DNA of 64,000 bases from Cyanobacteria bacterium HKST-UBA04 (GTDB lineage Bacteria > Cyanobacteriota > Vampirovibrionia > Vampirovibrionales > JAGQHJ01). Every line of letters begins with the position of its first letter. Position 1 is the stretch's first letter. A program made the position numbers and the translations under genes. Under the pieces are notes generated by a model. The model was not told where the DNA came from. It searched no databases and saw only the letters and a program-made list of their open reading frames with translations. Positions 8,176-18,029 of the stretch are shown here, one piece after another. The stretch covers positions 29,032 to 93,031 of the forward strand of contig JAGQHJ010000003.1 in the NCBI GenBank assembly GCA_020431915.1, read 5' to 3'.

Positions 8176-9657
8176 TTAATCCAGGAAGGAGAAGGGCTTT
8201 TTGGGCGGCTCATGCCGGTTTTGCCCGTCTGGGACAACCGGGGTGGGGCGGCCTGTTTGGAATTCGGTTGGTGGTATCGACAAGGGTGTGGGGATACTGG
8301 CCAGGCCCTTGTATTCCACCAGCAGGGCATTGCCGACTTTGACGCCGCCCTCGGTTTTGGGGTGGCTGACCAGTTGCTGGCCAATAACCATTTGTGTGGA
8401 AGTGCCGCCATCGAGGTTGATGGCATAGACCGCCCCGAGGCCGCGCATGAAGTAGGCCAGTTCGTACAGGGTCATGCCCACCGACAGGTCATCCTGTCGG
8501 CCGTCCACGGTCACCAGCAGAACGTGCTTGTCGGCAGTTACGCCAATGGCGGTTCGAGGGGCCGGTTTGTTGAAGGTCTGGGTCGCCAGCTTCTGGGCTT
8601 TGGCATCCACGTACACCTGGCCGCGTTTAACCAGATACGGCCCCCCGCTCAGGGCGTAGGCCACATCCGACCAGTCCGGGTTCAGTGTCATTTTCAGCGT
8701 GGCCGACTGGCCGGGTTCCACCCGGCTGAAATCCTGGGTGGGAGGACCCAGCAGCACAAACCCGTTTTCAGGAATGGGAAACGACTGTGTTCCAATGGCA
8801 TCTACGTAAAGCTGGTTGGTTGTACCACGGCGCAAGAGGATCTGGGTTCCCTGGTCGGGGGTGGCCGGCGAGCGGGCGCCCCAGGCCGACGTGTACAAAA
8901 CCCAGTCCTTGTTTAGCCGGGGCTGGTTGACATTATGAAACTGCAGCGTGGTGCCCATATCGGTTGTAATTTGCCCCGATACCTGCACCCGATCGAACAG
9001 CACCTGTTTGTCCGGGGTAATGCCCACGGCCACCCGGTTGTGGATAGGGCCTGTCAGCAAGTCGCCTTTGCTGATGAAGGTGCCCAGGGTCGTGCCGGTA
9101 TCGGGTTTAAAAAAGGAGCCGTTGATTCCGGCCAACACCCGCAAGGCGGGATCCTCGACATTGTTGCGACGCTGTACCTGGGCCATGATGTCGGCCACCT
9201 TGGCCTTGCCATGAAGGCTTTGGTTTTCGTCGGCCAGCACCGGTAGCAGCACCACATCGGGGTGGTTGTAATCAATATCGAGCAGGTTGATCAGCAGTGG
9301 ACCATGGTCGTTTTGCGCTTTGACAAACCGGTGCAGCACGCCGGGAGCCAGGGTTTGCGTTTGGTAGCCCCATACGGTGGTTTGCAGTTCGGGGGGAACG
9401 GTCGGGTCTGGGACAAACAAGCCGGTGTCGGCCGGTACCGGCAGGGCCACAAACACCAGGAGCGCTACCATCAGCAGGGCCGGCAGCCATTTGCTTCGGG
9501 CGGCTTGCCGACGGAGGCCAGGGGGCAGGGCAGAAACAGTTAAGGCGGGGTTAAACGGATCGGTGTTGGCCCGGTTCAGTGGTCCCGGCAGGGCTGAAGG
9601 GTGTGATGCGGGGTGGGCCGAAGGCCAGCGAAATGACAGCATAAGGATAAAAGACAC
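8176..9657 (-). CDS. Membrane-anchored phosphodiester glycosidase family protein (DUF2233/NAGPA-like)
   Basis: N-terminal TM helix (WLPALLMVALLVFVALPV). Family-typical blocks are AGINGSFF, PRTAIGVTADKHVLLVTVDGRQ and YAINLDGGTSTQM. The start codon is uncertain (9657 or 9642). Confidence 0.7.
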   Translation of the reverse strand: MSFILMLSFRWPSAHPASHPSALPGPLNRANTDPFNPALTVSALPPGLRRQAARSKWLPALLMVALLVFVALPVPADTGLFVPDPTVPPELQTTVWGYQTQTLAPGVLHRFVKAQNDHGPLLINLLDIDYNHPDVVLLPVLADENQSLHGKAKVADIMAQVQRRNNVEDPALRVLAGINGSFFKPDTGTTLGTFISKGDLLTGPIHNRVAVGITPDKQVLFDRVQVSGQITTDMGTTLQFHNVNQPRLNKDWVLYTSAWGARSPATPDQGTQILLRRGTTNQLYVDAIGTQSFPIPENGFVLLGPPTQDFSRVEPGQSATLKMTLNPDWSDVAYALSGGPYLVKRGQVYVDAKAQKLATQTFNKPAPRTAIGVTADKHVLLVTVDGRQDDLSVGMTLYELAYFMRGLGAVYAINLDGGTSTQMVIGQQLVSHPKTEGGVKVGNALLVEYKGLASIPTPLSIPPTEFQTGRPTPVVPDGQNRHEPPKKPFSFLD

Positions 9658-10118
9658 TTTACTTAAGACAGCATGGATTTAAGGAGAGACAACAAATACG
9701 GACAACATAATCATGAACGACGAACCACCACAGCAATCGTCTCTACAGTAGATACTCTAGACCAAATGCAGGAGATTGGGGGACATTGGAGGACCAGGGT
9801 TTTGTTTTTTTTTTGACAGGGTGTCAATAACCGGAGGGTCCAAACCCGCTCGGGGAGTGGCATCGTTGCCAGGGTCTATCGGTATTGTAGGGCCTGTCGC
9901 TGTAGGCGTCCAATGGTGGGTTCAGCCCCTGGGTGTACCCTATTGAAAAACCTGGGGTTTAGGCGGTGTCTGTCTTGCAACGAACCCGTAACATCCCCGG
10001 CGGACGAACGTGCAATGGAAATTTTTTTCGATTACGATATTTGTCAATCAATGTTAATATAGTTTTGCTATCGTTTGGCAAAAGCGTGTTGCGACTTTTT
10101 GTCTCCTTGTTTTCACGT

Positions 10119-10143
10119 TAGACTGTTTGACGCGTAGACTGTT
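10119..10143. repeat. Direct repeat TAGACTGTT x2 (16-bp period) upstream of the 10176 gene
   Basis: Read directly: TAGACTGTT-tgacgcg-TAGACTGTT, ending about 33 nt upstream of the start codon. Confidence 0.6.
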
Positions 10144-10175
10144 CCCCTTTTTATTGGATTGACCAACCCCAGGCG

Positions 10176-10619
10176 TTGGAGAGAGATATCGTGGTTTTAC
10201 AGAACCATAGCTATTACATACCCCCATCCACAGAGTCCAAGCAGGGTGTTCGCCTGTATGTGGCACCGGTGGCCGATGTTCATGAACTGCCCACCCGCAA
10301 GCCGAAGGTATTGGCTTCGCAGTTGGCCCTGACAGGCTTGGTGGTCTTTGCCATTCTGTTTGGCTGTGTTCAAGGGGTTCGCTCTGCAGCAACCAGTGCC
10401 GTTAAGTTGGAGCGTCTCGTCAGTCAGTTGGCCACCGTCAAGGCGGTGCATCACGAGGCGGTTAAGTCCAACCAGGTCTTGACCAACCAGATTAACACCT
10501 ATCGTTCGCCTACCGGCATGGAAGAATTGGCCCGCGATGGGTTGGAGCTGGTTCGCAACGATGAAATCCTGGTACGCCTGCATCACGAGCAGGCCAGCCC
10601 GGTTGTGGCATCGTTTTAA
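10176..10619 (+). CDS. Putative FtsB/DivIC-like septum formation protein
   Basis: One TM helix (LALTGLVVFAILFGCV) is followed by a coiled-coil-like segment and an ELARDGLELVRNDEILV-type C-terminus, as in septum formation initiator proteins. TTG start; weak call. Confidence 0.4.
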   Translation: MERDIVVLQNHSYYIPPSTESKQGVRLYVAPVADVHELPTRKPKVLASQLALTGLVVFAILFGCVQGVRSAATSAVKLERLVSQLATVKAVHHEAVKSNQVLTNQINTYRSPTGMEELARDGLELVRNDEILVRLHHEQASPVVASF

Positions 10620-10636
10620 CTAACTGCGATAACCCC

Positions 10637-13570
10637 TTAGTTTATCGCTGCATCGTATTGCTTGTCGGCTTTGGCCGCAGAGCCTAGGCGTTGGCTGAGG
10701 TAGGCCAACGTGACCGAGTTGGGGTGCGCCTGCGGGGTATTGAGTAGGGTATGCAGGGGGCCTTGGGCCACAATGTCGCCGCCGTCCAGCCCGCCGCCCG
10801 GTCCCAGGTCGATGAGGGTGTCGCACTGGGCAATAAACTCCAGGTGGTGTTCGATGACCACCACGCTGTGGCCGGCGTTGATGAGCTGGCGCAGCACGGC
10901 CACCAGGTTCTGGATGTCGGCCAGGTGCAGGCCGGTGGTGGGTTCGTCAAACAAAAACAGGGTAGGTTTTGGTGGGCTTTTTTTGCCGGAACTGTTGCCC
11001 GTGCTACTGCCCGTGCTGCTGCCAGCGCTTAGGTACGAGGCCAGCTTGAGTCGCTGTGCCTCGCCCCCGGACAGGGTCGAGGTGGACTGCCCCAGTTGCA
11101 GGTAGCCCAGGCCGATATCAAGCAGGGGTCTGAGGCGGTTCAGGATGCGCCGGTCATCGGCGAACACGGTGCCGGCCTCCTCGATGGTCAGGGCCAGGAT
11201 GTCGTTAATGGTATAGCCCTGGTTGCCAATGGTGTACTCGATGCCCAGCACCGAGGCCAGAAAACGTTTTCCCTGGCAGTCGGGGCACCGCACCGCCACA
11301 TCTGCCAAAAACTGCATGTCCACGACCACTTCGCCCAGGCCCTTGCAGGTGGGGCACCGGCCCCCCTCCGAGTTAAACGAGAAATGGCTGGCGGTAATGC
11401 CCATGGCTTGGGCCTGGCGGGTTTTTGCAAACCGGTTCCGAATTTCATCGTAGGCTTTGACGTAGGTGGCCGGGTTGCTTCGCTTGGACTGGCCGATAGG
11501 GGACTGGTCCACCATCACCACGTCCTCAAACTGCTCAAGGCCGTTGAGCTGGGACACGGGCAGCGCGTCCAGGGCCAGTTCCCGGCCGCTTTGGTGCTGG
11601 TAGTTGGCGTACAGGGTTTGATGAATCAGGCTGCTTTTGCCTGAGCCGGACAACCCGGTGACGCAAACCAGTTGGCCGGTGGGAATGGTTACATGGAGGT
11701 TTTTGAGGTTGTGGCCCGTTGCACCAATGATTTCGATCGGTTCGGACGGGCTGCCGCTGACGGGCTTGGGTGGCTGCGGCAATGGTGGGTTGTGCAAAAA
11801 CCGCGCCGTCAGCGACGGGTGATCGACCCCCATCTGGTTGGCCGGTCCGGCAAACACCAGGTGGCCCCCATTCCGGCCCCCGCCTGGCCCCAGGTCAATG
11901 AGGGTGTCGGCCCGGTTAATCACGTCGGGGTCGTGTTCCACCACGACCACGGTGTTGCCCAGGTCGCGCAGGGCCACGAGCACGTCCATCAGCCGATCCG
12001 TGTCCTGAGCGTGAAGACCCACCGTTGGTTCGTCCAGTACGTACAGGGTTTCGGTCAGGGCTGTGCCCAGGGCTGCCGACAGGTGTATGCGTTGCGATTC
12101 GCCGCCACTCAGGGTCCGTGTTTGCCGAGACAGGGTCAGGTAACCCAGGCCCACATCGAGCAGCACCTGGCAGCGGTTGATAATCTCCCGGCGGATCCGT
12201 CGGGTCAGGGCCAACGTTTCGCTTGGCAGTGGTGTTGGGCCGGTTTCAAGGGCCTCGATAAAGGTTTTAAGCTCGGCAATGGGCCAGCCACAGCAGTCAT
12301 GGATGGTTTTGCCACAGATCTGAACCTGTAGGGCCTCGGGCTTGAGGCGGCTGCCGCCGCAGTGGTGGCATTCGTAATAGCCCCGGTATTTGGCCAGCAT
12401 CACCCGTACGTGAACCTTGTATTTCTTTCGTTCCAGCCACCGGAAAAACGGGTAAACCCCAGGATAGTCGTCCCCGCCTTCGAGCACAAACCGCTTTTGC
12501 TCCTCGCTTAGCTCGGCATAGGGTTTGTTGGTGGGAATTTTCCGCCGTTTGGCCTCGGCCAGCAGCATGTCTTGCAATTCCACGTTGGCCGGGGTGTTAA
12601 AGGGATGAACAACCCCATCCTTGAGCGTGGCTTGTTTATTGGGGATGACCTTATCCAGATCCAGCCCGATGATTCGCCCAAACCCTTCGCAGGTAGGGCA
12701 GGCCCCAAGCGGGCTGTTAAAAGAGAACAACTGCGGGGTTAATTCTGGAAACTGCCGGTCGCAACGGTCGCAGTCAAAGCGGGTCATCAGCACCAACGGG
12801 GCGTCGGGGCGATCCATGAAGATAAGCTCGACGCGTCCGCCGCTCAGCGCCAACGCCTTTTGTACCGACTCGCTCAGGCGATCGCTTGTGTCGGCCCCGC
12901 GCAATACCAGGCGGTCAATCACGATGGGCAGGGGACGCAAGGCCTCGTCGTTGGGCCATTTGGTTTGGGGGGTGATGTCTTCAACCATTGCGGTGTCGCG
13001 GTTGAAGAAACGGAAATACCCGTCGGCCAACAATTGTTTGGGGTAGGGTTTTACCTTGGTTCGGCGTACGGGGGCGGTTAACACCACCTTGCTGCCCGAG
13101 GGCAGGTCGGTAATGGCCTTGACCAGCTCTGCCGTGGTGTTGAAGCGGTTAATCAGGCCGCAGCCGACTTCAGGGCAAACGTGCTGGCCGATGCCGCTGT
13201 AGAGCAGCCTGAGGAAGTCCACGATTTCCGTGGCCGTACCGACGGTGGAGCGGGCGTTTTTAACCCGGTTCTTCTGCTCCATGGCAATGGCTGGCAGCAC
13301 ATGGCGAATGTCGTCCACGTCGGGTTTGTCCAGGCGGTCGAGAAACTGGCGGGCATAGGTGGAAAGGGAGGCGAGGAAACGGCGCTGCCCTTCGGCATAC
13401 AGGGTGTCGAAAGCCAGTGAGGATTTTCCAGACCCCGATGGGCCGGTAATCACGGTTAATCGGCGGTGGGGAATCTGGCAGGTAATGTTCTTGAGGTTGT
13501 TGGCCCGGGCACCGATGATGTCTATTTGATTGATGACACGGGGCTTATCGGGTTTAGAGGGGTCGGACAT
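10637..13570 (-). CDS. uvrA: Excinuclease ABC subunit A
   Basis: Two ABC ATPase modules ([23 protein letters not shown] and [10 protein letters not shown]). Signature motifs LSGGESQR and LSGGEAQR, plus Zn-finger Cys pairs. 977 uninterrupted codons. Confidence 0.92.
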   Translation of the reverse strand: MSDPSKPDKPRVINQIDIIGARANNLKNITCQIPHRRLTVITGPSGSGKSSLAFDTLYAEGQRRFLASLSTYARQFLDRLDKPDVDDIRHVLPAIAMEQKNRVKNARSTVGTATEIVDFLRLLYSGIGQHVCPEVGCGLINRFNTTAELVKAITDLPSGSKVVLTAPVRRTKVKPYPKQLLADGYFRFFNRDTAMVEDITPQTKWPNDEALRPLPIVIDRLVLRGADTSDRLSESVQKALALSGGRVELIFMDRPDAPLVLMTRFDCDRCDRQFPELTPQLFSFNSPLGACPTCEGFGRIIGLDLDKVIPNKQATLKDGVVHPFNTPANVELQDMLLAEAKRRKIPTNKPYAELSEEQKRFVLEGGDDYPGVYPFFRWLERKKYKVHVRVMLAKYRGYYECHHCGGSRLKPEALQVQICGKTIHDCCGWPIAELKTFIEALETGPTPLPSETLALTRRIRREIINRCQVLLDVGLGYLTLSRQTRTLSGGESQRIHLSAALGTALTETLYVLDEPTVGLHAQDTDRLMDVLVALRDLGNTVVVVEHDPDVINRADTLIDLGPGGGRNGGHLVFAGPANQMGVDHPSLTARFLHNPPLPQPPKPVSGSPSEPIEIIGATGHNLKNLHVTIPTGQLVCVTGLSGSGKSSLIHQTLYANYQHQSGRELALDALPVSQLNGLEQFEDVVMVDQSPIGQSKRSNPATYVKAYDEIRNRFAKTRQAQAMGITASHFSFNSEGGRCPTCKGLGEVVVDMQFLADVAVRCPDCQGKRFLASVLGIEYTIGNQGYTINDILALTIEEAGTVFADDRRILNRLRPLLDIGLGYLQLGQSTSTLSGGEAQRLKLASYLSAGSSTGSSTGNSSGKKSPPKPTLFLFDEPTTGLHLADIQNLVAVLRQLINAGHSVVVIEHHLEFIAQCDTLIDLGPGGGLDGGDIVAQGPLHTLLNTPQAHPNSVTLAYLSQRLGSAAKADKQYDAAIN

Positions 13571-13686
13571 GGCGGTGTGTTGGGGTTAAAGGGGTGTTTA
13601 GTTCTGATTAAACGAGGTGAGGGTGAGGCAGGGTGCGGGAATGCCCGCAGACAAGGTTAAGTGTGCCATAAAGGCCGTTGCAAGAC

Positions 13687-13720
13687 GAACCCCGCAGCCG
13701 CCAAATAGGCTGCGGGGTTC
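13687..13720. other. Perfect 12-bp GC-rich stem-loop (GAACCCCGCAGC / GCTGCGGGGTTC, 10-nt loop)
   Basis: Read directly. There is no adjacent U tract on either strand, so it is not a classical terminator. Confidence 0.7.
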
Positions 13721-13731
13721 GCTTATAAAAT

Positions 13732-13955
13732 AAGGAGCTGCGCTTTGGTTTAACTGTGGAGGGGTCTTCACTGTTAAACCAATTTTGTCCCTGTAACCAA
13801 GCCCTGTTGCGACTTCAACCGTGAACCGTGTCGGTGATATGTGGAGGTCTTACATAAAGTGTTTCAAGAGTGCTTGAGACAACCCTGTGCAAGCCTCGGC
13901 ACGATATGGACACGCTAACAAGCTGAAAAGAGGTCTTCGCTACACGCAGCTCCTT
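13732..13955. ncRNA. Candidate structured RNA domain (family and strand unknown)
   Basis: An 11-bp closing helix (AAGGAGCTGCG 13732-13742 / CGCAGCTCCTT 13945-13955) encloses a 10-bp hairpin (13745-13782), a 5-bp hairpin (13838-13856) and another (13864-13877). The motif GAGG(GG)TCTT occurs three times. There is no ORF of 60 codons or more. Confidence 0.25.
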
Positions 13956-14190
13956 AAAAGCTTAGTTGAAAAGCACGATTAAAATGGGTTCTTTATAAAA
14001 GGGATTCTTTCAAAAAAGAATTCTTAAAAACAACCAGTTTTAAAGCGTAAGTGTTATTTTACGATTTTTGGCGAAAATAGCAATGTTTGGGTGGCGATTG
14101 GGGGGCGGGGTGATAATATTTCTTAATAAAATGTTCATAATGCGCAATTTTCGCTGGTTTCGCGTTTTTTTATAAGTGTGAAGGAGAATA

Positions 14191-14499
14191 TTGACTTATA
14201 GTCCACCTCAGTTGACACGGACGCATTTCTGGCGATTTTGGGCGCCAATGCCGTGGACAGGTGACCGGTGGAGGAGGCTAAAATTGAATCAACGTCAACC
14301 AAAAACTTTGGAAGAATACGTCACGCTGCGTTACGCAGAGGACTTGAATAATGTCGGCTACCAACCTGTCGTTGAGGAAGGGGCCGAGGAAATGATCAGT
14401 GACGCAATGGAAATGATGGCACGGATGAACATGGTGACCCAGAACATCCATATGCGGATGAACGGTCGTCAAGGTCAATTTGGCCAAGCTTCCGCCTAA
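14191..14499 (+). CDS. Hypothetical protein with Trp/Arg-rich N-terminus and Met-rich C-terminus
   Basis: TTG start lies 4 nt after AAGGAG (14181-14186). 102 codons. C-terminal segment EEMISDAMEMMARMNMVTQNIHMRMNG. I recognise no homolog. Confidence 0.45.
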   Translation: MTYSPPQLTRTHFWRFWAPMPWTGDRWRRLKLNQRQPKTLEEYVTLRYAEDLNNVGYQPVVEEGAEEMISDAMEMMARMNMVTQNIHMRMNGRQGQFGQASA

Positions 14500-14526
14500 A
14501 ACCATTGCAAATAAAGCATTTTTACC

Positions 14527-14555
14527 AGGACGGCAGGGTTTCACCCGGTCGTCCT
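14527..14555. terminator. Hairpin between convergent genes (possible bidirectional terminator)
   Basis: AGGACG / CGTCCT outer stem with an inner GGG/CCC pairing. It lies between the stop codons at 14499 and 14569. Confidence 0.4.
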
Positions 14556-14568
14556 ACTTGTGTAAGGC

Positions 14569-15168
14569 CTAGCGAAGGAAATGGTTGATGTACGTATCGC
14601 AGTTGTTGAACGGGGAATCGCTTGAGTCGAGGTAGTGGGCTATTTTGACGTAAACAGCCGGGTTTTGCCCGTCAATGTTGCGTTTCTGGTCAAGCAGGGT
14701 GTTGATCTGGGTGATGACGTCCACGCACATGGTGTCGCAGATCAGAACCAGTTCTTCCGGTAACGTGGCCAGCATTTTAAGGCCATAGTGTAGCTCGGGG
14801 ATGCGGTCGCTCCACCGACGCTTCTGCTGGCTTAAATACAGACCTTTAACCTTGTCCGGGCCCACGTTCTTAAGCTCTTGGCCGCTGGTCATCCGGTCGC
14901 TCGCAGCTTTGACGAAGTTGCCGAAGCCATCGCCGATCTTGCCTTGAATGTTCTCGGGCAGGTACTGGATGACGTCGAGCAGCAGACAAATATGCTTGTA
15001 CTGCGTGTACCAGCGTTTTCTTTTGGCCCCCGTGTCCAAGCCGCTGTTCTTGAGGGAGACCGATAAAATTTCTTTGTAATCAGGGGCATTGCCCTGATCA
15101 TGCTGATCTTGATCGGTGATCATGACCTGAAGTAACCGCCAAATAATTGCACTTAACCATATCCACAC
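14569..15168 (-). CDS. Hypothetical protein (orphan)
   Basis: 199-codon ORF from GTG 15168, or 184 codons from ATG 15123 (MITDQDQ...). Soluble, with no motif I recognise. Confidence 0.55.
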   Translation of the reverse strand: MWIWLSAIIWRLLQVMITDQDQHDQGNAPDYKEILSVSLKNSGLDTGAKRKRWYTQYKHICLLLDVIQYLPENIQGKIGDGFGNFVKAASDRMTSGQELKNVGPDKVKGLYLSQQKRRWSDRIPELHYGLKMLATLPEELVLICDTMCVDVITQINTLLDQKRNIDGQNPAVYVKIAHYLDSSDSPFNNCDTYINHFLR

Positions 15169-15298
15169 TAGGTGGTCATCAAACCCATGCGTCGCGGTGC
15201 ACGCGCTTCTCTATTTTACCAGGGGTTTATTTGATTGTCCTGGGCCACGACGCTGATTCTGAGGAACGTATCGGCCAGAGCCCGTGCAAACTTAAGGG

Positions 15299-17086
15299 TT
15301 AGGTTTCAAGTGTTGACACATCGCCTTCGGGCAAGCCCAGCTCTCGGGCTTTAAGCAGTCGGCGCATAATCTTACCGCTACGGGTCTTGGGCAGCCCCTC
15401 GAGTACCTCTATTTCGCGTGGGTAGGCGTGGGCAGCCAGACGGTTGCGCACAAACAGGCGAATTTCCTCGCGCAGCTTCTCGCTGTCCTCATAACCGGCC
15501 TTCAGGCTGATGAACGCTTTGACAATCTCCATGCGTTCGGCATCCGGCTTGCCGATAACCCCGGCTTCGGCTACGGCAGGGTGTGCAACCAGGGCGCTTT
15601 CCACCTCAAACGGGCCAACCAGGTGGCCTGCCGTGTTAATTACGTCATCGGCCCTGCCCACGAACCAGTAATAACCGTCTTCGTCGCGCCAGGCCCGGTC
15701 GCCTGTGTAGTACCAGCCGTTCTTGAAGCGCGAATCGTACAGCTCCTGGCGTCCCCAGTAGGTTTGGAAGAAGGACGGGGCGTCGGGACGAACCACCAGA
15801 TGTCCTTCCTGCCCGGCTTCCAGCTCGTTGCCGTCTTCGTCGAGAATCCCTGCCACCACGCCGGGGTGCGGGCGTCCCATCGAGCCGGCTTTGACCGTCA
15901 TTGAGGCGTAGTTGCAAATGTGCATGCAGCCGGTTTCCGTCTGCCACCAGGTGTCGTGGAAGACATGGCCAAACTGGGCCTCGCCCCAGACAATGGCTTC
16001 GGGGTTCAGTGGCTCACCTACGCTCAGTAGATGCCGAAGGCTGCTTAAGTCATAGGCCCGGACGGGTGCTTCGCCTGCTTTCATCAGCATGCGAATGGCG
16101 GTGGGGGCGGTGTACCAAACCGTTACCTTGTAATCCTGGATGAGTTTGTACCAGGTCTCGGGGTTAAAGCCGCCTTCGTACACCAGTTGCGTGGTACCCA
16201 GTGCCCATGGGCCTATCATGCCGTAGCTGGTGCCGGTTACCCAGCCGGGGTCGGCAGTACACCAGTACACGTCGGTCTCCGGCTGAAGATCCAGCACGTA
16301 TTTGGCGGTGGCTGCCTGGCTTACGGCTGAATAGTGCCGGTGAACGGCTCCCTTGGGCTTGCCGGTCGTACCGGAGGTGTAGTGGATGATGCTGGGCTGG
16401 TTCTTGTCGGTGTGGGGCACGTCAAACGCCGCATCAGCCGAGGCCATCAAGTCGCTGTACAGCAGCACGTCCGGGTCGGTTTCCACCGTCAGCTTGTAGG
16501 TCCCCTCGCGGTCTACGACAATCACGTATTCGATGGAGGGGCAATCGCGCATGATCTGTTCAAACCGCCCTTTCAGCTCGGGCGAGGTAATCAGGACCTT
16601 GGCCTGGCAATCGCTCAGGCGGTCGCGGATGGCTTCCGGGCCAAATGCGGCAAACAGCGGACCTACCAGTGCCTGCACCTTGAGGGCGGCAAACACGCTG
16701 ATATACACCTCAGGTACCCGCTCAAGGAAGGTAAAAACCCGGTCGCCCTGCTTGATACCCAGCCGGGTCAGCGCGTTGGCCAGCTTGTTGGTTTCTCGTT
16801 TTAGGTCAGCAAAGGTATAGCGTTCTTCCTTACCGTCCTTGGAAACCCAAATGAGGGCGTCGCGCTGCATAACCTCATCAGGATGCCCGTCAATGCACAG
16901 AGTGGCCAGGTTATACCCGTTTTTTCGTGGCCAGTTCAGCGCTTTTTCGGTTTGTGACCAATCGTACGTCTTGTAGAGCGTTTCATAGGAGGCCATGGTT
17001 GGCGCAACGGCCATGCTGACCACGTCGGGTTTGGTGAAGGTCGGTGTGGCATGTGTGGCCGAAACCGAGTCATTGACAGTGCTCAT
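15299..17086 (-). CDS. AMP-forming acyl-CoA synthetase (acetate/short-chain acid-CoA ligase family)
   Basis: AMP-binding signature YTSGTTGKPKG, plus YWCTADPGWVTG, YYTGD, GRADDVI and a C-terminal PKTRSGKIMRR block. Confidence 0.85.
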   Translation of the reverse strand: MSTVNDSVSATHATPTFTKPDVVSMAVAPTMASYETLYKTYDWSQTEKALNWPRKNGYNLATLCIDGHPDEVMQRDALIWVSKDGKEERYTFADLKRETNKLANALTRLGIKQGDRVFTFLERVPEVYISVFAALKVQALVGPLFAAFGPEAIRDRLSDCQAKVLITSPELKGRFEQIMRDCPSIEYVIVVDREGTYKLTVETDPDVLLYSDLMASADAAFDVPHTDKNQPSIIHYTSGTTGKPKGAVHRHYSAVSQAATAKYVLDLQPETDVYWCTADPGWVTGTSYGMIGPWALGTTQLVYEGGFNPETWYKLIQDYKVTVWYTAPTAIRMLMKAGEAPVRAYDLSSLRHLLSVGEPLNPEAIVWGEAQFGHVFHDTWWQTETGCMHICNYASMTVKAGSMGRPHPGVVAGILDEDGNELEAGQEGHLVVRPDAPSFFQTYWGRQELYDSRFKNGWYYTGDRAWRDEDGYYWFVGRADDVINTAGHLVGPFEVESALVAHPAVAEAGVIGKPDAERMEIVKAFISLKAGYEDSEKLREEIRLFVRNRLAAHAYPREIEVLEGLPKTRSGKIMRRLLKARELGLPEGDVSTLET

Positions 17087-17372
17087 CGTATGGTATCCCC
17101 TAGCACAACAACTATTTGGCGCTATTATAGCGCAAAGGCAAGGGGGTGACCGTAGGGCGCCATGCTCTAAAAGGCTGGCTTGGTGCCATTGCTTCTGTTA
17201 TAAAAGTTAGTAGACGTTTGAGTCGCCCCGGCCCTCTGCGTTACAGTGGAACCCCACGATCTCTAAATAGTTACGATACTTATACGTCAGCGCAGCCGAG
17301 AACCGTGTGTCGCGCTGTGCAACGTTCTCACCCTCTCACTCACTCTCTCTGCAAGGATGTGTTCACCCCCCG

Positions 17373-18029
17373 ATGTTTACAGGCCTTATTGAAACGGTCG
17401 GCACCCTTCTGGAAGCCGAAGACAGCCAGGGCGGCATGCGGTTTGTGGTAGAAGCGGCCGTCCCCAGCGGCTATCTGGCTGACGTGGCGGTGGGCGAAAG
17501 TATTGCCATCGACGGGGTTTGTACCACGGTGGTTTCCTGTGACGGCAAGCGCTTTGCGTTTGAAGCGTCTCCCGAAACCCTGCGTAAAACCACGTTTGGC
17601 CAGCTTAAACCCGGTGTGTCCGTTAACCTCGAACGGGCCCTGCTGCCAACCACCCGGCTGGGTGGCCATTTTGTCAGTGGTCACATCGAGGGCACGGCGG
17701 TGCTGAAAAGCCGTATGAGCGAAGGCAATGCCAAGGTGCTGGCTTTTGAGCTGGAGCAGCCCGAGCTGGCGTTGTACGTCATCGAGAAGGGATCCATTGC
17801 CCTGTCCGGTATCAGCCTGACGGTTAACACCATTGACGAAGCCACATTGACGGTGGCCATTATTCCGCACACCCTCGAGCAGACCAACCTGGGCTGTTTG
17901 CAGGTGGGGCAACGTGTGAATGTAGAAACGGACATGGTGGGCAAGTACGTCCACAAGCTGCTGGGTGCCGGCAAGGCGCCGCAGGTGGTATGGGCAACCC
18001 AGGATAAAGAAGGCCTGTCGGTAAGATGA
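17373..18029 (+). CDS. ribE: Riboflavin synthase
   Basis: [12 protein letters not shown]-terminus and duplicated lumazine-binding halves ([25 protein letters not shown]). The stop overlaps the next start (ATGA at 18026-18029). Confidence 0.9.
   Translation: MFTGLIETVGTLLEAEDSQGGMRFVVEAAVPSGYLADVAVGESIAIDGVCTTVVSCDGKRFAFEASPETLRKTTFGQLKPGVSVNLERALLPTTRLGGHFVSGHIEGTAVLKSRMSEGNAKVLAFELEQPELALYVIEKGSIALSGISLTVNTIDEATLTVAIIPHTLEQTNLGCLQVGQRVNVETDMVGKYVHKLLGAGKAPQVVWATQDKEGLSVR

Noticed and set aside
13571-13700. A LexA/SOS box upstream of uvrA, and likewise upstream of recG (3335-3538).
   Set aside because: The only candidate, TAGTTCTGATTAAAC, does not fit the GAAC-N4-GTTC, CTGT-N8-ACAG or RGTAC-N3-DGTWC forms well enough to call.
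13732-13955. tmRNA, 6S, RNase P or SRP identity for the structured region. The closing helix GGAGCUG...CAGCUCC superficially resembles an acceptor stem.
   Set aside because: There is no G3:U pair, no T-arm (GGTTCGA), no CCA end and no tag-like reading frame. There is no rod-like 6S pairing between the 5' and 3' halves. The RNase P (GAGGAAAGUCC) and SRP (GGAAGCAGCC) cores are also absent.
13981-14030. Intrinsically bent DNA from phased A-tracts.
   Set aside because: The A-runs recur every ~14-16 bp, not every ~10.5 bp, so they are not in helical phase. I report the stretch only as an AT-rich periodic repeat.
17087-17372. Possible FMN (RFN) riboswitch upstream of the ribE-ribBA-ribH operon.
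   Set aside because: I could not find the conserved RFN core elements (GGGCAGGGTGAAATTCCC-type 5' arm, GCCGACAGT, GGATG) on the plus strand. Only a generic hairpin is present (CAGCGC...GCGCTG). An Infernal scan would be decisive.
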